Source of the DNA: a virus
Lineage: Duplodnaviria > Caudoviricetes
Length of the DNA: 30,162 nt
Strand: one strand, 5' to 3'
Virus record (IMG/VR): IMGVR_UViG_3300020043_001170
Coordinates: 1 to 30,162 of that record
Part shown: in pieces, positions 1-7,919 of the stretch
How the letters are laid out: each line of letters begins with the position of its first letter
How positions within the stretch are numbered: position 1 is the first letter of the stretch
Position numbers and translations under genes: made by a program
The notes under the pieces: generated by a model
Told to the model about the DNA's origin: nothing
What the model saw: only the letters and a program-made list of their open reading frames with translations
Databases searched by the model: none

Positions 1-1
1 G

Positions 2-36
2 AGTGAGTTTGTTAATGTGGATAAATTGATTAAGCC
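2..36. repeat. Terminal direct repeat (circular assembly overlap), left copy
   Basis: AGTGAGTTTGTTAATGTGGATAAATTGATTAAGCC (35 nt) is identical to 30128-30162; implies a 30,126-bp circle. Confidence 0.95.
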
Positions 37-295
37 AAGTTTATTAAAGGCTCAAGAAGAAGCTAAAAAAGCGTTTACATTATTAAATAAATATATCGAA
101 AATATAGAAAATTCAAAAGAAACTATTGCTAAAATAGAAGCGCAAATAAAAGAATTAGGATTAGACCCAAAAACAGCCTTAAAAGAAAAATATGCTACTA
201 TTGAAAAAGTAAAAGCATTAAACTTAAATTCTTTTAATACTTGGAAAAATAATTACAATTCTTTTGTTAAAATTCAAGCGCCAAATATAGATTAA
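17..295 (+). CDS. 3' part of a 143-aa helical protein that starts at 29990 across the junction; putative head-associated/internal protein
   Basis: Frame is continuous through the terminal repeat (...LYSEFVN-VDKLIKPS...); paralogous to 678-1085 (KELGLD vs KQLGLE). Confidence 0.85.
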   Translation: MDKLIKPSLLKAQEEAKKAFTLLNKYIENIENSKETIAKIEAQIKELGLDPKTALKEKYATIEKVKALNLNSFNTWKNNYNSFVKIQAPNID

Positions 296-299
296 TTAA

Positions 300-434
300 A
301 TGGCTAAACAAGTTGCAACTTCTAACCACGTTCAAAAGCCGAAGATTAAGCGCCCAAATGTACACGCTAAATCTAAAACGAGCCAATTAAAAACGTCAAA
401 GAATTATAAAAAACTAAATCGCGGTCAAGGATGA
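300..434 (+). CDS. Small very basic protein (44 aa) ending KNYKKLNRGQG; possible DNA-binding core peptide
   Basis: Manually translated MAKQVATSNHVQKPKIKRPNVHAKSKTSQLKTSKNYKKLNRGQG; fills the gap exactly, with ATGA overlap onto 431. Confidence 0.75.
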   Translation: MAKQVATSNHVQKPKIKRPNVHAKSKTSQLKTSKNYKKLNRGQG

Positions 435-640
435 AAAATTTAGGAAACGAAAAGCGTAGCAGTCCAAGGGGTGGTAAACGTGGTTGCTTATGTAAAGACG
501 GAAACTACCACCGTAAATGCTGCAACGGAGATTTACAAAACCAAGGAATCGGAAGCACTTACGACCAAACACAAGGAAGCGGAACTACTAACGTTCCAAC
601 AACCCATACCACGACAAATTCGGGAACGGGCGGTAACTAA
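431..640 (+). CDS. Small Cys-rich hypothetical protein (GCLC...KCC...QGIG)
   Basis: ATGA-coupled to the upstream ORF; four clustered Cys; Thr/Gly-rich tail. Confidence 0.7.
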   Translation: MKNLGNEKRSSPRGGKRGCLCKDGNYHRKCCNGDLQNQGIGSTYDQTQGSGTTNVPTTHTTTNSGTGGN

Positions 641-644
641 AAAT

Positions 645-680
645 GCAACAAAACTTTTTAACCTTAATTATAATAATATG
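645..680 (+). promoter_or_regulatory. Putative late promoter, GCAACA-N14-TAATTAT-N6-ATG
   Basis: Same spacing as copies at 3365, 21244 and 29071. Confidence 0.6.
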
Positions 681-1085
681 AAAACAATTTTAGACAAAAT
701 CAACAAGGCTGATGAAATCCAAGCTAAAAAAGTTGAGTTAGGTACACACGAAGTCGAGTTGGCTTCAATTAAAGATTTATTAGAAGCTATAAAAATTATA
801 AAAGGTTCGGAAGGTTCAGCCGATAAAGTAGCAAATGTTTTTGAGCAAAAAGTAGCTGAAGCAAATAAAGCATACACGGCATTAATGAATGAAAGAAATG
901 CGATTTACAAATGGGCGAACAATGAAGCGCCTGCAAGACTTGCTGATTTTGAAAAGGCTGCAAAGCAATTAGGGTTAGAAATAAACAATGTACCCGAAGT
1001 TGTTGCATTAAGAAAAGAAATACAAAACGGAAAAGAATTAGTTAAGGCTTTAGATGGTTATAAGAAGCCTAACGATGTTTTTTAA
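678..1085 (+). CDS. 135-aa helical protein with N-terminal leader (MKTILDKI...KVELGTHEVELA); putative head-associated/internal protein
   Basis: ATG at 678 preferred over the listed start at 471, which would overlap 431-640; N-terminus paralogous to the 29990 ORF. Confidence 0.8.
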   Translation: MKTILDKINKADEIQAKKVELGTHEVELASIKDLLEAIKIIKGSEGSADKVANVFEQKVAEANKAYTALMNERNAIYKWANNEAPARLADFEKAAKQLGLEINNVPEVVALRKEIQNGKELVKALDGYKKPNDVF

Positions 1086-1108
1086 TAATAAATTATAAAT
1101 AAACACAA

Positions 1109-1708
1109 ATGAAAAATAGCACACTATTAGAAAAAATCAAGGCGTTGTTATCTAACGAAATTAAGTTAGAGCAAATGCTTATGGGCGACGGAGTAACCAA
1201 AATCGAAGCGGATTCGTTCGAAGCAGGAAAAGAGGTTTTTGTCGTAACTGAAGACGAACAAAAGATAGCTGTTCCCGTTGGAGAATACGAATTAGAAGAC
1301 GGACGAATTTTAGTTATTGTTGAAGAAGGTATTATTTCCGAGGTTAAAGAAAAGGAAGAAGAAGTAGAGGAAGTTGAAGAAGAAGTGAAAGAGGAAACTA
1401 CCGAGCCTATGCCCGAAGAAGAAATGAGCGCACCCGTATCTACTCCTAAAAAAACAATCGAATCCATCGTTAAAGAAACATTCTTTAGCGAAATGGAAAA
1501 ACTTAAAGAAGAAAACGAAGCGTTAAAAGTTGAACTAGCTAAACTTTCCAAAGTTGACGAAGTCTTAGAAGAAAAGACCGAACTTAGCGAAACACCCGAG
1601 CCGATCGCCTTTAACCCTGAAAACGAAGCTAAAATCGAATTTAACAAAATCGGTTCTAAAGCACCACGCGGGATTATTGATTCCGTACTAAACAAAATGT
1701 ATAAATAA
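1109..1708 (+). CDS. Putative capsid scaffolding protein
   Basis: Highly acidic, coiled-coil segment, PVGEYELEDG motif, directly upstream of the capsid gene. Confidence 0.7.
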   Translation: MKNSTLLEKIKALLSNEIKLEQMLMGDGVTKIEADSFEAGKEVFVVTEDEQKIAVPVGEYELEDGRILVIVEEGIISEVKEKEEEVEEVEEEVKEETTEPMPEEEMSAPVSTPKKTIESIVKETFFSEMEKLKEENEALKVELAKLSKVDEVLEEKTELSETPEPIAFNPENEAKIEFNKIGSKAPRGIIDSVLNKMYK

Positions 1709-1723
1709 TTAAATTAAAAAAAA

Positions 1724-2668
1724 ATGCCAACTAACACTAACATTACTACATCTTACGCAGGCCAATGGGCAGGTAAGTATGTTTCAGCCGCTTTATTAAG
1801 CGCACCAACTATCGAAGGTGGCGGTGTAACCGTTATGCCTAACGTAAAATACAAAGCCGTTATTCAACGAGTAGAATCTAACGACATTCTTAAAGACGCT
1901 ACTTGCGACTTTACTCCAACGTCTACCGTAGATTTAACCGAGCGCGTATTAGAAGTAAAAGACCTACAAGTAAACCTTACATTTTGTAAGTCTCAATTCC
2001 ACTCAACTTGGCAATCAATCGAAATGGGTTATTCTTCTTTCGACACTTTGCCTAAGTCTTTTGCTGATTATTTAATAGCTTACGCTGCTGAAAAAGTTGC
2101 GGCTGCTAACGAGGTTTCTATTTGGCAAGGTTCTTCTGCTACAAGTGGACAATTTGACGGACTTTATTCTACTGCATTGGTTGACCCTAACCTTCCTGCA
2201 GGTCAATTGATTCCTTCAGTTGCTATTACTTCTGCTAACGTTATTGCACAAATGCAATTAGCTTATGACGCTATACCTGCCGCTCTTTACGGAAAGCCTG
2301 ATTTGAAAATTTACGTTTCTCAAAACGTTGCTAAAGCATACGTTGCTGCATTAGGTGGTTTTGGTGCTGCGGGTGCGGGTTCACTTGCTAACGCGGGTTA
2401 TAACAACCAAGGTTCAATGTGGTATACTAACGGCGCTTTGTCTTTCAACGGATTGCCAATCTTTATGGCGAATGGTTTGCCTGCTGATGCTATGATGATT
2501 ACGACTACTTCTAACCTTTACTTCGGTTGTTCTTTATTGAGCGACACTCAAGAAGTTAGAGTAATTGACACTTCAGCAACTTTAGGAGATGATAACGTTC
2601 GTGTAGTTATGCGAATGGCTGCAGGTGCGCAATACGGAGTTATTGAGGATATCGTAATTTACGGATAA
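1724..2668 (+). CDS. Major capsid protein
   Basis: 314 aa; follows scaffold; strongly biased codons (GCT/ACT/TCT); followed by a strong terminator; resembles Bacteroidota phage capsids (TTSYAG..AGKY.SAALLS). Confidence 0.85.
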   Translation: MPTNTNITTSYAGQWAGKYVSAALLSAPTIEGGGVTVMPNVKYKAVIQRVESNDILKDATCDFTPTSTVDLTERVLEVKDLQVNLTFCKSQFHSTWQSIEMGYSSFDTLPKSFADYLIAYAAEKVAAANEVSIWQGSSATSGQFDGLYSTALVDPNLPAGQLIPSVAITSANVIAQMQLAYDAIPAALYGKPDLKIYVSQNVAKAYVAALGGFGAAGAGSLANAGYNNQGSMWYTNGALSFNGLPIFMANGLPADAMMITTTSNLYFGCSLLSDTQEVRVIDTSATLGDDNVRVVMRMAAGAQYGVIEDIVIYG

Positions 2669-2686
2669 TAACTAACCACTATATTG

Positions 2687-2721
2687 AAGGGTGGTGGAAT
2701 CAAACTGCCACCCTTTTTTTT
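2687..2721 (+). terminator. Intrinsic terminator after capsid gene
   Basis: AAGGGTGGTGG-loop-CTGCCACCCTT followed by a T run. Confidence 0.85.
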
Positions 2722-2747
2722 GTTAAACATTAAAAAAATAAAATAAA

Positions 2748-3317
2748 ATGAGCTGCGATATTTCACACGGAAGGTTAGAAGTTTGTAAGGACGTTGTAGG
2801 TGGTTTAAGAAACATTTACATAATTAATTATGGTGCATACGATCCACAAGCGGACGTTACTTACGACCCTGCGGTAGATTACACCGATGTAATTACAGGT
2901 ATTACTTTATTGCCTTCAACCGATATTTACAAATTCGAACTTAAGGGTACAAACTCGTTCGAAACTACAATTACAAGTTCACGCGAAAACGGAACTACTT
3001 TTTTCGAACAAGTGCTTTCAATTCAGTTGAAAAAACAAGACCAAATTACACACAAGCAAATTAAATTACTTGCTTACGGAAGACCGAATATCATTGTTGA
3101 AACAAATAACAACGATTTCTTTATTGCAGGTTTAGTAAGAGGTATGGACGTAACTGCAGGAACTATATCTAACGGAACTGCGTTAGGTGATATGACGGGT
3201 TATTCTTTGACTTTCACGGGTCAAGAAGCCGTACCTGCGAATTGGTTAGATTGTACAACCGAAGCGCAATTAGTTTCTTTACTTGGTATTACTGCAGGTA
3301 ACGTAATTAATTCATAA
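2748..3317 (+). CDS. Major tail (tube) protein
   Basis: 189 aa, beta-rich; MSCD..GR...CKD.VGG and ENGTTFFEQ pattern typical of Bacteroidota siphovirus tube proteins; own terminator. Confidence 0.7.
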   Translation: MSCDISHGRLEVCKDVVGGLRNIYIINYGAYDPQADVTYDPAVDYTDVITGITLLPSTDIYKFELKGTNSFETTITSSRENGTTFFEQVLSIQLKKQDQITHKQIKLLAYGRPNIIVETNNNDFFIAGLVRGMDVTAGTISNGTALGDMTGYSLTFTGQEAVPANWLDCTTEAQLVSLLGITAGNVINS

Positions 3318-3363
3318 GAACTTTGTTTCATAACGTTAAGGGGGTGGCGACACCCCTTTTTTT
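3318..3363 (+). ncRNA. Candidate 3'-UTR-derived antisense RNA plus intrinsic terminator (GGGGTG-GCGA-CACCCC-T run)
   Basis: Terminator hairpin is clear; upstream TTCATAACGTTAA is the reverse complement of several start regions; sRNA role is inference. Confidence 0.45.
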
Positions 3364-3364
3364 A

Positions 3365-3400
3365 TGCACAAAAAGTAAGATTAATAGTTATATAAATATG
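3365..3400 (+). promoter_or_regulatory. Putative late promoter, TGCACA-N14-TAGTTAT-N6-ATG
   Basis: Lies directly after a terminator, where a new promoter is needed; conserved spacing. Confidence 0.6.
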
Positions 3401-3730
3401 ATAGTAGTTAACGAAACTAACGTAAGCCAAACCTTTAACTTTATTCCACGATACGGAACACCCGTAACGTTGGAGTTAACAGGCGAAAACACAAACGTAA
3501 CTCAAGTAGTTGCAGGAACGTTTACCGCAGGGGATTACGTTTACAACTTTAGCGGAGTTTTACCCACGGAAGAAAATCAATTTTATTGGGTAGTAATTAA
3601 AGACGGAAGCGGAAACCTACTATTAAAAGAACGTATGTTTTGCACTAACCAACCAATAGACACGTTCTCGGTTAACGACGGCCAATACATAAGCAACCAA
3701 ACAACTAATGACTTTATAATGTATGAGTAA
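3398..3730 (+). CDS. Small beta-rich virion protein (110 aa), possibly neck or decoration
   Basis: ATG at 3398 preferred because the 3323 start runs through the terminator; overlaps the portal start. Confidence 0.65.
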   Translation: MIVVNETNVSQTFNFIPRYGTPVTLELTGENTNVTQVVAGTFTAGDYVYNFSGVLPTEENQFYWVVIKDGSGNLLLKERMFCTNQPIDTFSVNDGQYISNQTTNDFIMYE

Positions 3731-5528
3731 GAACGTCCACGTTTTACAATTAGCGGAATATAAACAACCCGTACTTCAAGAAAACTCCCGCGATGCGTGG
3801 GTTGGTTGGGGTGAAGATAACGATTACTTCGACTATTTAATAGATAGATACACCAAATCAACAACAAATAGCGCGATTATAAACAACGTTTCTCGGTTGA
3901 TTTACGGAAAAGGGTTAAGCGCCTTAGACGCTTCGCGTAAACCTAACGAATACGCGCAAATGATGACCTTGTTTAGTTCGGATTGCGTTCGTAAAATGGT
4001 TTTTGATCGTAAGTTATTCGGTCAGTTTGCTATGCAGATTCATTACAACGATAAACACGATAAAATTCTAAAGGCTTACCATATGCCCGTAAACCTATTA
4101 CGTGCGGAAAAATGCAACGACAAAGGCGAAATAACGGGGTATTTTTACTCGGATAATTGGAAGGAAGTACGTAAGTTCCCACCTATGCGGATTCCCGCGT
4201 TCGGACATTCAAAAGAAAAAATCGAAATCTTATTCGTTAAGCCTTACGGGGTTGGTATGAAGTACTATGCTTATCCCGACTACCAAGGCGCTATACCTTA
4301 CGCAGTTCTTGAAGAAGAAGTAAGCGACTATTTAATAAATGAAGTTCAAAACGGATTCAGCGGAACGAAAGTCGTAAACTTTAACAACGGAGTTCCTTCG
4401 GAAGAACAACAAGACTTAATTTCTCAAAAAGTTTTAAGCCGTTTAACAGGTTCTAAAGGACAAAAAGTAATAGTTGCGTTTAATGCTAACCAAGAATCAA
4501 AAACAACGGTTGACGATATTCCATTAAACGACGCACCCGACCATTATACCTACCTAAGCGAAGAATGTTTACGTAAAATAATGCTTGGTCATAACGTTAC
4601 TTCACCTTTACTTTTCGGGATTGCTTCGGCTAACGGGTTTTCAAGTAACGCGGATGAGTTGCAAAATTCGTTTATATTGTTTAACAATATGATTATTAAG
4701 CCGTTTCAAGACGAAATCTTAGAAGCGTTTGATAAAGTGTTAGCTTATAACGGAATCGCCTTAAAACTATTCTTTAGAACGTTAAAACCGCTTGAATTTA
4801 CGGACTTAGAAAACGCGCAAACGGAAGAACAAGTAACCGAGGAAACGGGCGCGGATGCAACGGAATTAAAGTCCCAAAGCGTAGAAGAACAAATCGCGTT
4901 AGCCTTACAAGAATTCGGAGAACAACCCCAAGAAGATTGGTTATTAATAGACGAAGCACCCGTAGACTACGACACGGACGAAGAAGAAAATAACGCACTT
5001 AAAGGCGAAAAAAGTTTATTCTCACGTTTGGTAGAATTGGTAAATACAGGAATGGCTTTCCCGAACGCTAAGTCCGAACAAGACGAAGTTATCGAAGGAG
5101 TTAAGTTTATTACTAGATATGTTTACGAAGGCGAAGACGGCGGTAAAAGTGGTAAGACACGTCCGTTTTGTAAGTTAATGAAAAGCGCAAAGAAGATTTA
5201 CCGCAAAGAAGATATTTTACGAATGAGTAAAAGCGTAGTTAACGGGTTTTACACAAACGCAGAAGGCCGTACAATCGGATTCGGTAAAGAAGGCGCATTA
5301 ACTTACGATATTTGGCTATACAAAGGGGGTGCTAATTGCCACCACCGTTGGAATAAACAAGTTTACGCTCAATTCGATTCACGCTTTGGAATAGACGTTA
5401 ATAGTCCTAAGGCGAAACAAATAGCCGTAAAAAAAGCGGAGAAATTTGGTTACAAAATTAAAAACAATGCACTCGTAAGCACTCGTCCAATCGATATGCC
5501 GAACCGAGGATTTATAAACCCAAGATAA
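3723..5528 (+). CDS. Portal protein with C-terminal Cys/His (MuF-like) extension
   Basis: First ~360 aa portal-like (WGEDNDY, GMKYYAYPDY, IMLGHNVTSPLLFGI, IIKPFQ); acidic linker; then RPFC...YKGGANCHHRW. Confidence 0.8.
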   Translation: MSKNVHVLQLAEYKQPVLQENSRDAWVGWGEDNDYFDYLIDRYTKSTTNSAIINNVSRLIYGKGLSALDASRKPNEYAQMMTLFSSDCVRKMVFDRKLFGQFAMQIHYNDKHDKILKAYHMPVNLLRAEKCNDKGEITGYFYSDNWKEVRKFPPMRIPAFGHSKEKIEILFVKPYGVGMKYYAYPDYQGAIPYAVLEEEVSDYLINEVQNGFSGTKVVNFNNGVPSEEQQDLISQKVLSRLTGSKGQKVIVAFNANQESKTTVDDIPLNDAPDHYTYLSEECLRKIMLGHNVTSPLLFGIASANGFSSNADELQNSFILFNNMIIKPFQDEILEAFDKVLAYNGIALKLFFRTLKPLEFTDLENAQTEEQVTEETGADATELKSQSVEEQIALALQEFGEQPQEDWLLIDEAPVDYDTDEEENNALKGEKSLFSRLVELVNTGMAFPNAKSEQDEVIEGVKFITRYVYEGEDGGKSGKTRPFCKLMKSAKKIYRKEDILRMSKSVVNGFYTNAEGRTIGFGKEGALTYDIWLYKGGANCHHRWNKQVYAQFDSRFGIDVNSPKAKQIAVKKAEKFGYKIKNNALVSTRPIDMPNRGFINPR

Positions 5529-6028
5529 TGGCAGAAGCATTATTAATAACACGAGACGATTTAGTTCGATTTACCGCTACCAACGGAAATATGGACACGG
5601 ACACTTTTATTCAATGGATAAAGGTTGCTCAAGATATTCACATTCAACAGTACACGGGAACGGAACTATTAAACAAAATAAAAACGGATATAGTCGCAGG
5701 AACTTTAATAAACCCGTATCTTGACCTTGTAGAAACCTACTTAAAACCTATGTTGATACATTGGGCAATGGTTGAGTTTTTACCTTTTCAGGCCTACACT
5801 ATCGCGAACAAAGGAATCTTTAAGCACTCAAGCGAAAACGCTTCTAACGTAGACAAAAACGAAGTGGACTTTTTAATAGAAAAACAAAGATACTTAGCGC
5901 AAAACTACACCGAGCGGTTTATTCAATATATGGCTTTTAGTGGTAATACGTTTCCCGAATACTACACAAATAGTAACTCGGATATTTACCCGAACTCGGA
6001 TTCAAACTATATGGGATGGGTAATATAA
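5528..6028 (+). CDS. Putative head-tail adaptor/connector
   Basis: 166 aa, helical, coupled to the portal stop; AQDIHIQ..GT.L motif. Confidence 0.6.
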   Translation: MAEALLITRDDLVRFTATNGNMDTDTFIQWIKVAQDIHIQQYTGTELLNKIKTDIVAGTLINPYLDLVETYLKPMLIHWAMVEFLPFQAYTIANKGIFKHSSENASNVDKNEVDFLIEKQRYLAQNYTERFIQYMAFSGNTFPEYYTNSNSDIYPNSDSNYMGWVI

Positions 6029-6111
6029 AGAAACCATACACGCCTAAAAAGGCAAACGTAATTAAATTAAAAAAACTTCTAATTAAATTAGAAAATGATA
6101 AAAATAAGTGA
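6016..6111 (+). CDS. 31-aa basic peptide MGNIKKPYTPKKANVIKLKKLLIKLENDKNK
   Basis: Manually found; bridges the adaptor and tail fibre genes, overlapping both. Confidence 0.45.
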   Translation: MGNIKKPYTPKKANVIKLKKLLIKLENDKNK

Positions 6112-7657
6112 ACTAACCCCGAAGGGCGCTAATCTTGAAGCAACGGACTTACTCGAAATTTCGGAAGCTACCGCAGACGGATATACAAGTAAAAGCATAA
6201 CAGGCGAAGAAATTATTAATGCCGCTCAAAGTGGATTACAAGCTGAATTAGTAAGCGGTACTAACATTAAGACGATTAACGGAAGTTCGTTGCTTGGTTC
6301 AGGTGATTTAGCTATAACTGCTTCGGCTTCGTGGGGTTCAATTACGGGTACTTTGTCAAGTCAAACCGATTTACAAGGTGCGTTAGATTCAAAACAAGCT
6401 ACGTTAGTTAGTGGAACGAATATCAAAACAATTAACGGAAGCTCGTTGTTAGGTAGCGGTGATTTAACAATAAGCGGTTCAAACATTTATAACGCTGATG
6501 GAACACTAACGGGCGCGAGAACGTTAACTTTAGGCGGTGTTTCTTTGACTATTGCAGGAACAACTTCAAGCCGTTTTCAAGCTAACGGAAATGTAGGAAT
6601 CGGAACAACAACAGACGCAGGATTTAAGTTAGATGTGAATGGTACTGCTAGGGTTCAATCAGATATGATTGTTAATGGTATGACGGTTGGCAAAGGATTA
6701 AATAATCAAGCAAATAATACAGCTGTTGGTACAAATGCATTAGCAGCTATTACAACGGGACAAGAACACACAGCGTTAGGTTCTCAAGCCTTTGCTTCAC
6801 TTCGTTCAAGTTTTTCAGGTGTTGCTATTGGGTTTAACGCAGGCAATGCTATAACAACTTCAGGATTTAATACTATCGTAGGTGGACGGGCAATGCAAGC
6901 AGGAAACGGTGCAAATAATACAATAGTAGGTAATTCATCAGGACTAACAAATAACGGTTCGTTTAATACATTTATTGGTAACTCGGTAGGTAGAAACATC
7001 AGCGGTAGCTATAATATAGGAATAGGAGATAGTTCATTTTCAAATGCAACTGCAAATACAGGTACTTCAAATATAGCAATAGGTAGAAATGTTATGACTG
7101 CTGTAGTTAGTGGAACGAATAACACTTGCATACAAGAAGGTGCGTTTGCTAATAATACTTCAGGTAGTTGGAATGTTGGGGTAGGTTTTACCGCAGGACA
7201 AAATAACACAACGGGAAGCAATAATACTTTTGTTGGTACAAAAAGTGGACTTGGCACAAATGCAAGTTATAATACATTTATCGGTTCTTATTTTAATACA
7301 GTATCAGGAAATGGAATAACAAGCGGTTCATTTAATACAATCTTAGGTTCACAAATAAGTGGTTTATCTGCAAGCCTTTCAAATAACATAATCCTTTCGG
7401 ATGGACAGGGTAATATGCGTTTAGTGTTTGATAATACGGGTAGTGGGTTTATTGGTGCAACTACTTCATATCCTACATTTATAGCTTCATCGGTTTTAAC
7501 TTTAGATTCAACAACAAAAGGCTTTCTACCACCACGAATGACAACTTCGCAAAAGACCGCGATTGCTTCGCCTACCGCAGGATTGGTAGTTTTTGACACG
7601 ACACTAAATAAACTTTGCGTTTATACGACAACTTGGGAAACAATAACTTCAGCATAA
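6095..7657 (+). CDS. Tail fibre / receptor-binding protein
   Basis: G/S/T/N-rich; duplicated LVSGTNIKTINGSSLLGSGDL; GNVGIGTT motif; many N-x-x-(I/V)G YadA-like repeats; C-terminal STTKGFLPPRMTT. Confidence 0.85.
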   Translation: MIKISELTPKGANLEATDLLEISEATADGYTSKSITGEEIINAAQSGLQAELVSGTNIKTINGSSLLGSGDLAITASASWGSITGTLSSQTDLQGALDSKQATLVSGTNIKTINGSSLLGSGDLTISGSNIYNADGTLTGARTLTLGGVSLTIAGTTSSRFQANGNVGIGTTTDAGFKLDVNGTARVQSDMIVNGMTVGKGLNNQANNTAVGTNALAAITTGQEHTALGSQAFASLRSSFSGVAIGFNAGNAITTSGFNTIVGGRAMQAGNGANNTIVGNSSGLTNNGSFNTFIGNSVGRNISGSYNIGIGDSSFSNATANTGTSNIAIGRNVMTAVVSGTNNTCIQEGAFANNTSGSWNVGVGFTAGQNNTTGSNNTFVGTKSGLGTNASYNTFIGSYFNTVSGNGITSGSFNTILGSQISGLSASLSNNIILSDGQGNMRLVFDNTGSGFIGATTSYPTFIASSVLTLDSTTKGFLPPRMTTSQKTAIASPTAGLVVFDTTLNKLCVYTTTWETITSA

Positions 7658-7668
7658 AACAAATAACA

Positions 7669-7917
7669 ATGGTACAAATACAACCACTTACAATCGCGAT
7701 AAAAGGAACTGCAACACAAATGAATGTATTGGTTCTTAACTTCGCAACTAACGCAACAACCGCCGTAACTTATTGGCAATTATTCAACGAAAACAACGAA
7801 TGTTTATTAGACGGAAATTACACAATGACCGAGGAAGAATTTAATTCGTGGGGAACGGATAATAGCGTAGTAAATGAATACGTTGCGGAAGCAATCGGAG
7901 TAACTATAATTAAATAA
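7669..7917 (+). CDS. Small tail-fibre-associated protein (82 aa)
   Basis: ATG 7669 just after the fibre stop; position typical of fibre chaperones. Confidence 0.6.
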   Translation: MVQIQPLTIAIKGTATQMNVLVLNFATNATTAVTYWQLFNENNECLLDGNYTMTEEEFNSWGTDNSVVNEYVAEAIGVTIIK

Positions 7918-7919
7918 AG

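Noticed and set aside
2-36. End repeat as a biological terminal repeat or att site
   Set aside because: Falls mid-ORF, is k-mer sized, and no integrase is present; best explained as assembly overlap
471-677. N-terminal extension of the 204-aa ORF
   Set aside because: Overlaps the coupled 431-640 gene; ATG 678 fits the paralogue's N-terminus and the promoter motif
1093-1695. 200-aa minus-strand ORF
   Set aside because: Ser-rich antisense shadow of the Glu-rich scaffold gene; no independent signals
6784-7599. Minus-strand ORFs within the tail fibre, and similar shadows elsewhere (8660, 22048, 28422, 29328 etc.)
   Set aside because: Fully nested antisense to well-supported genes, with composition explained by the sense codons
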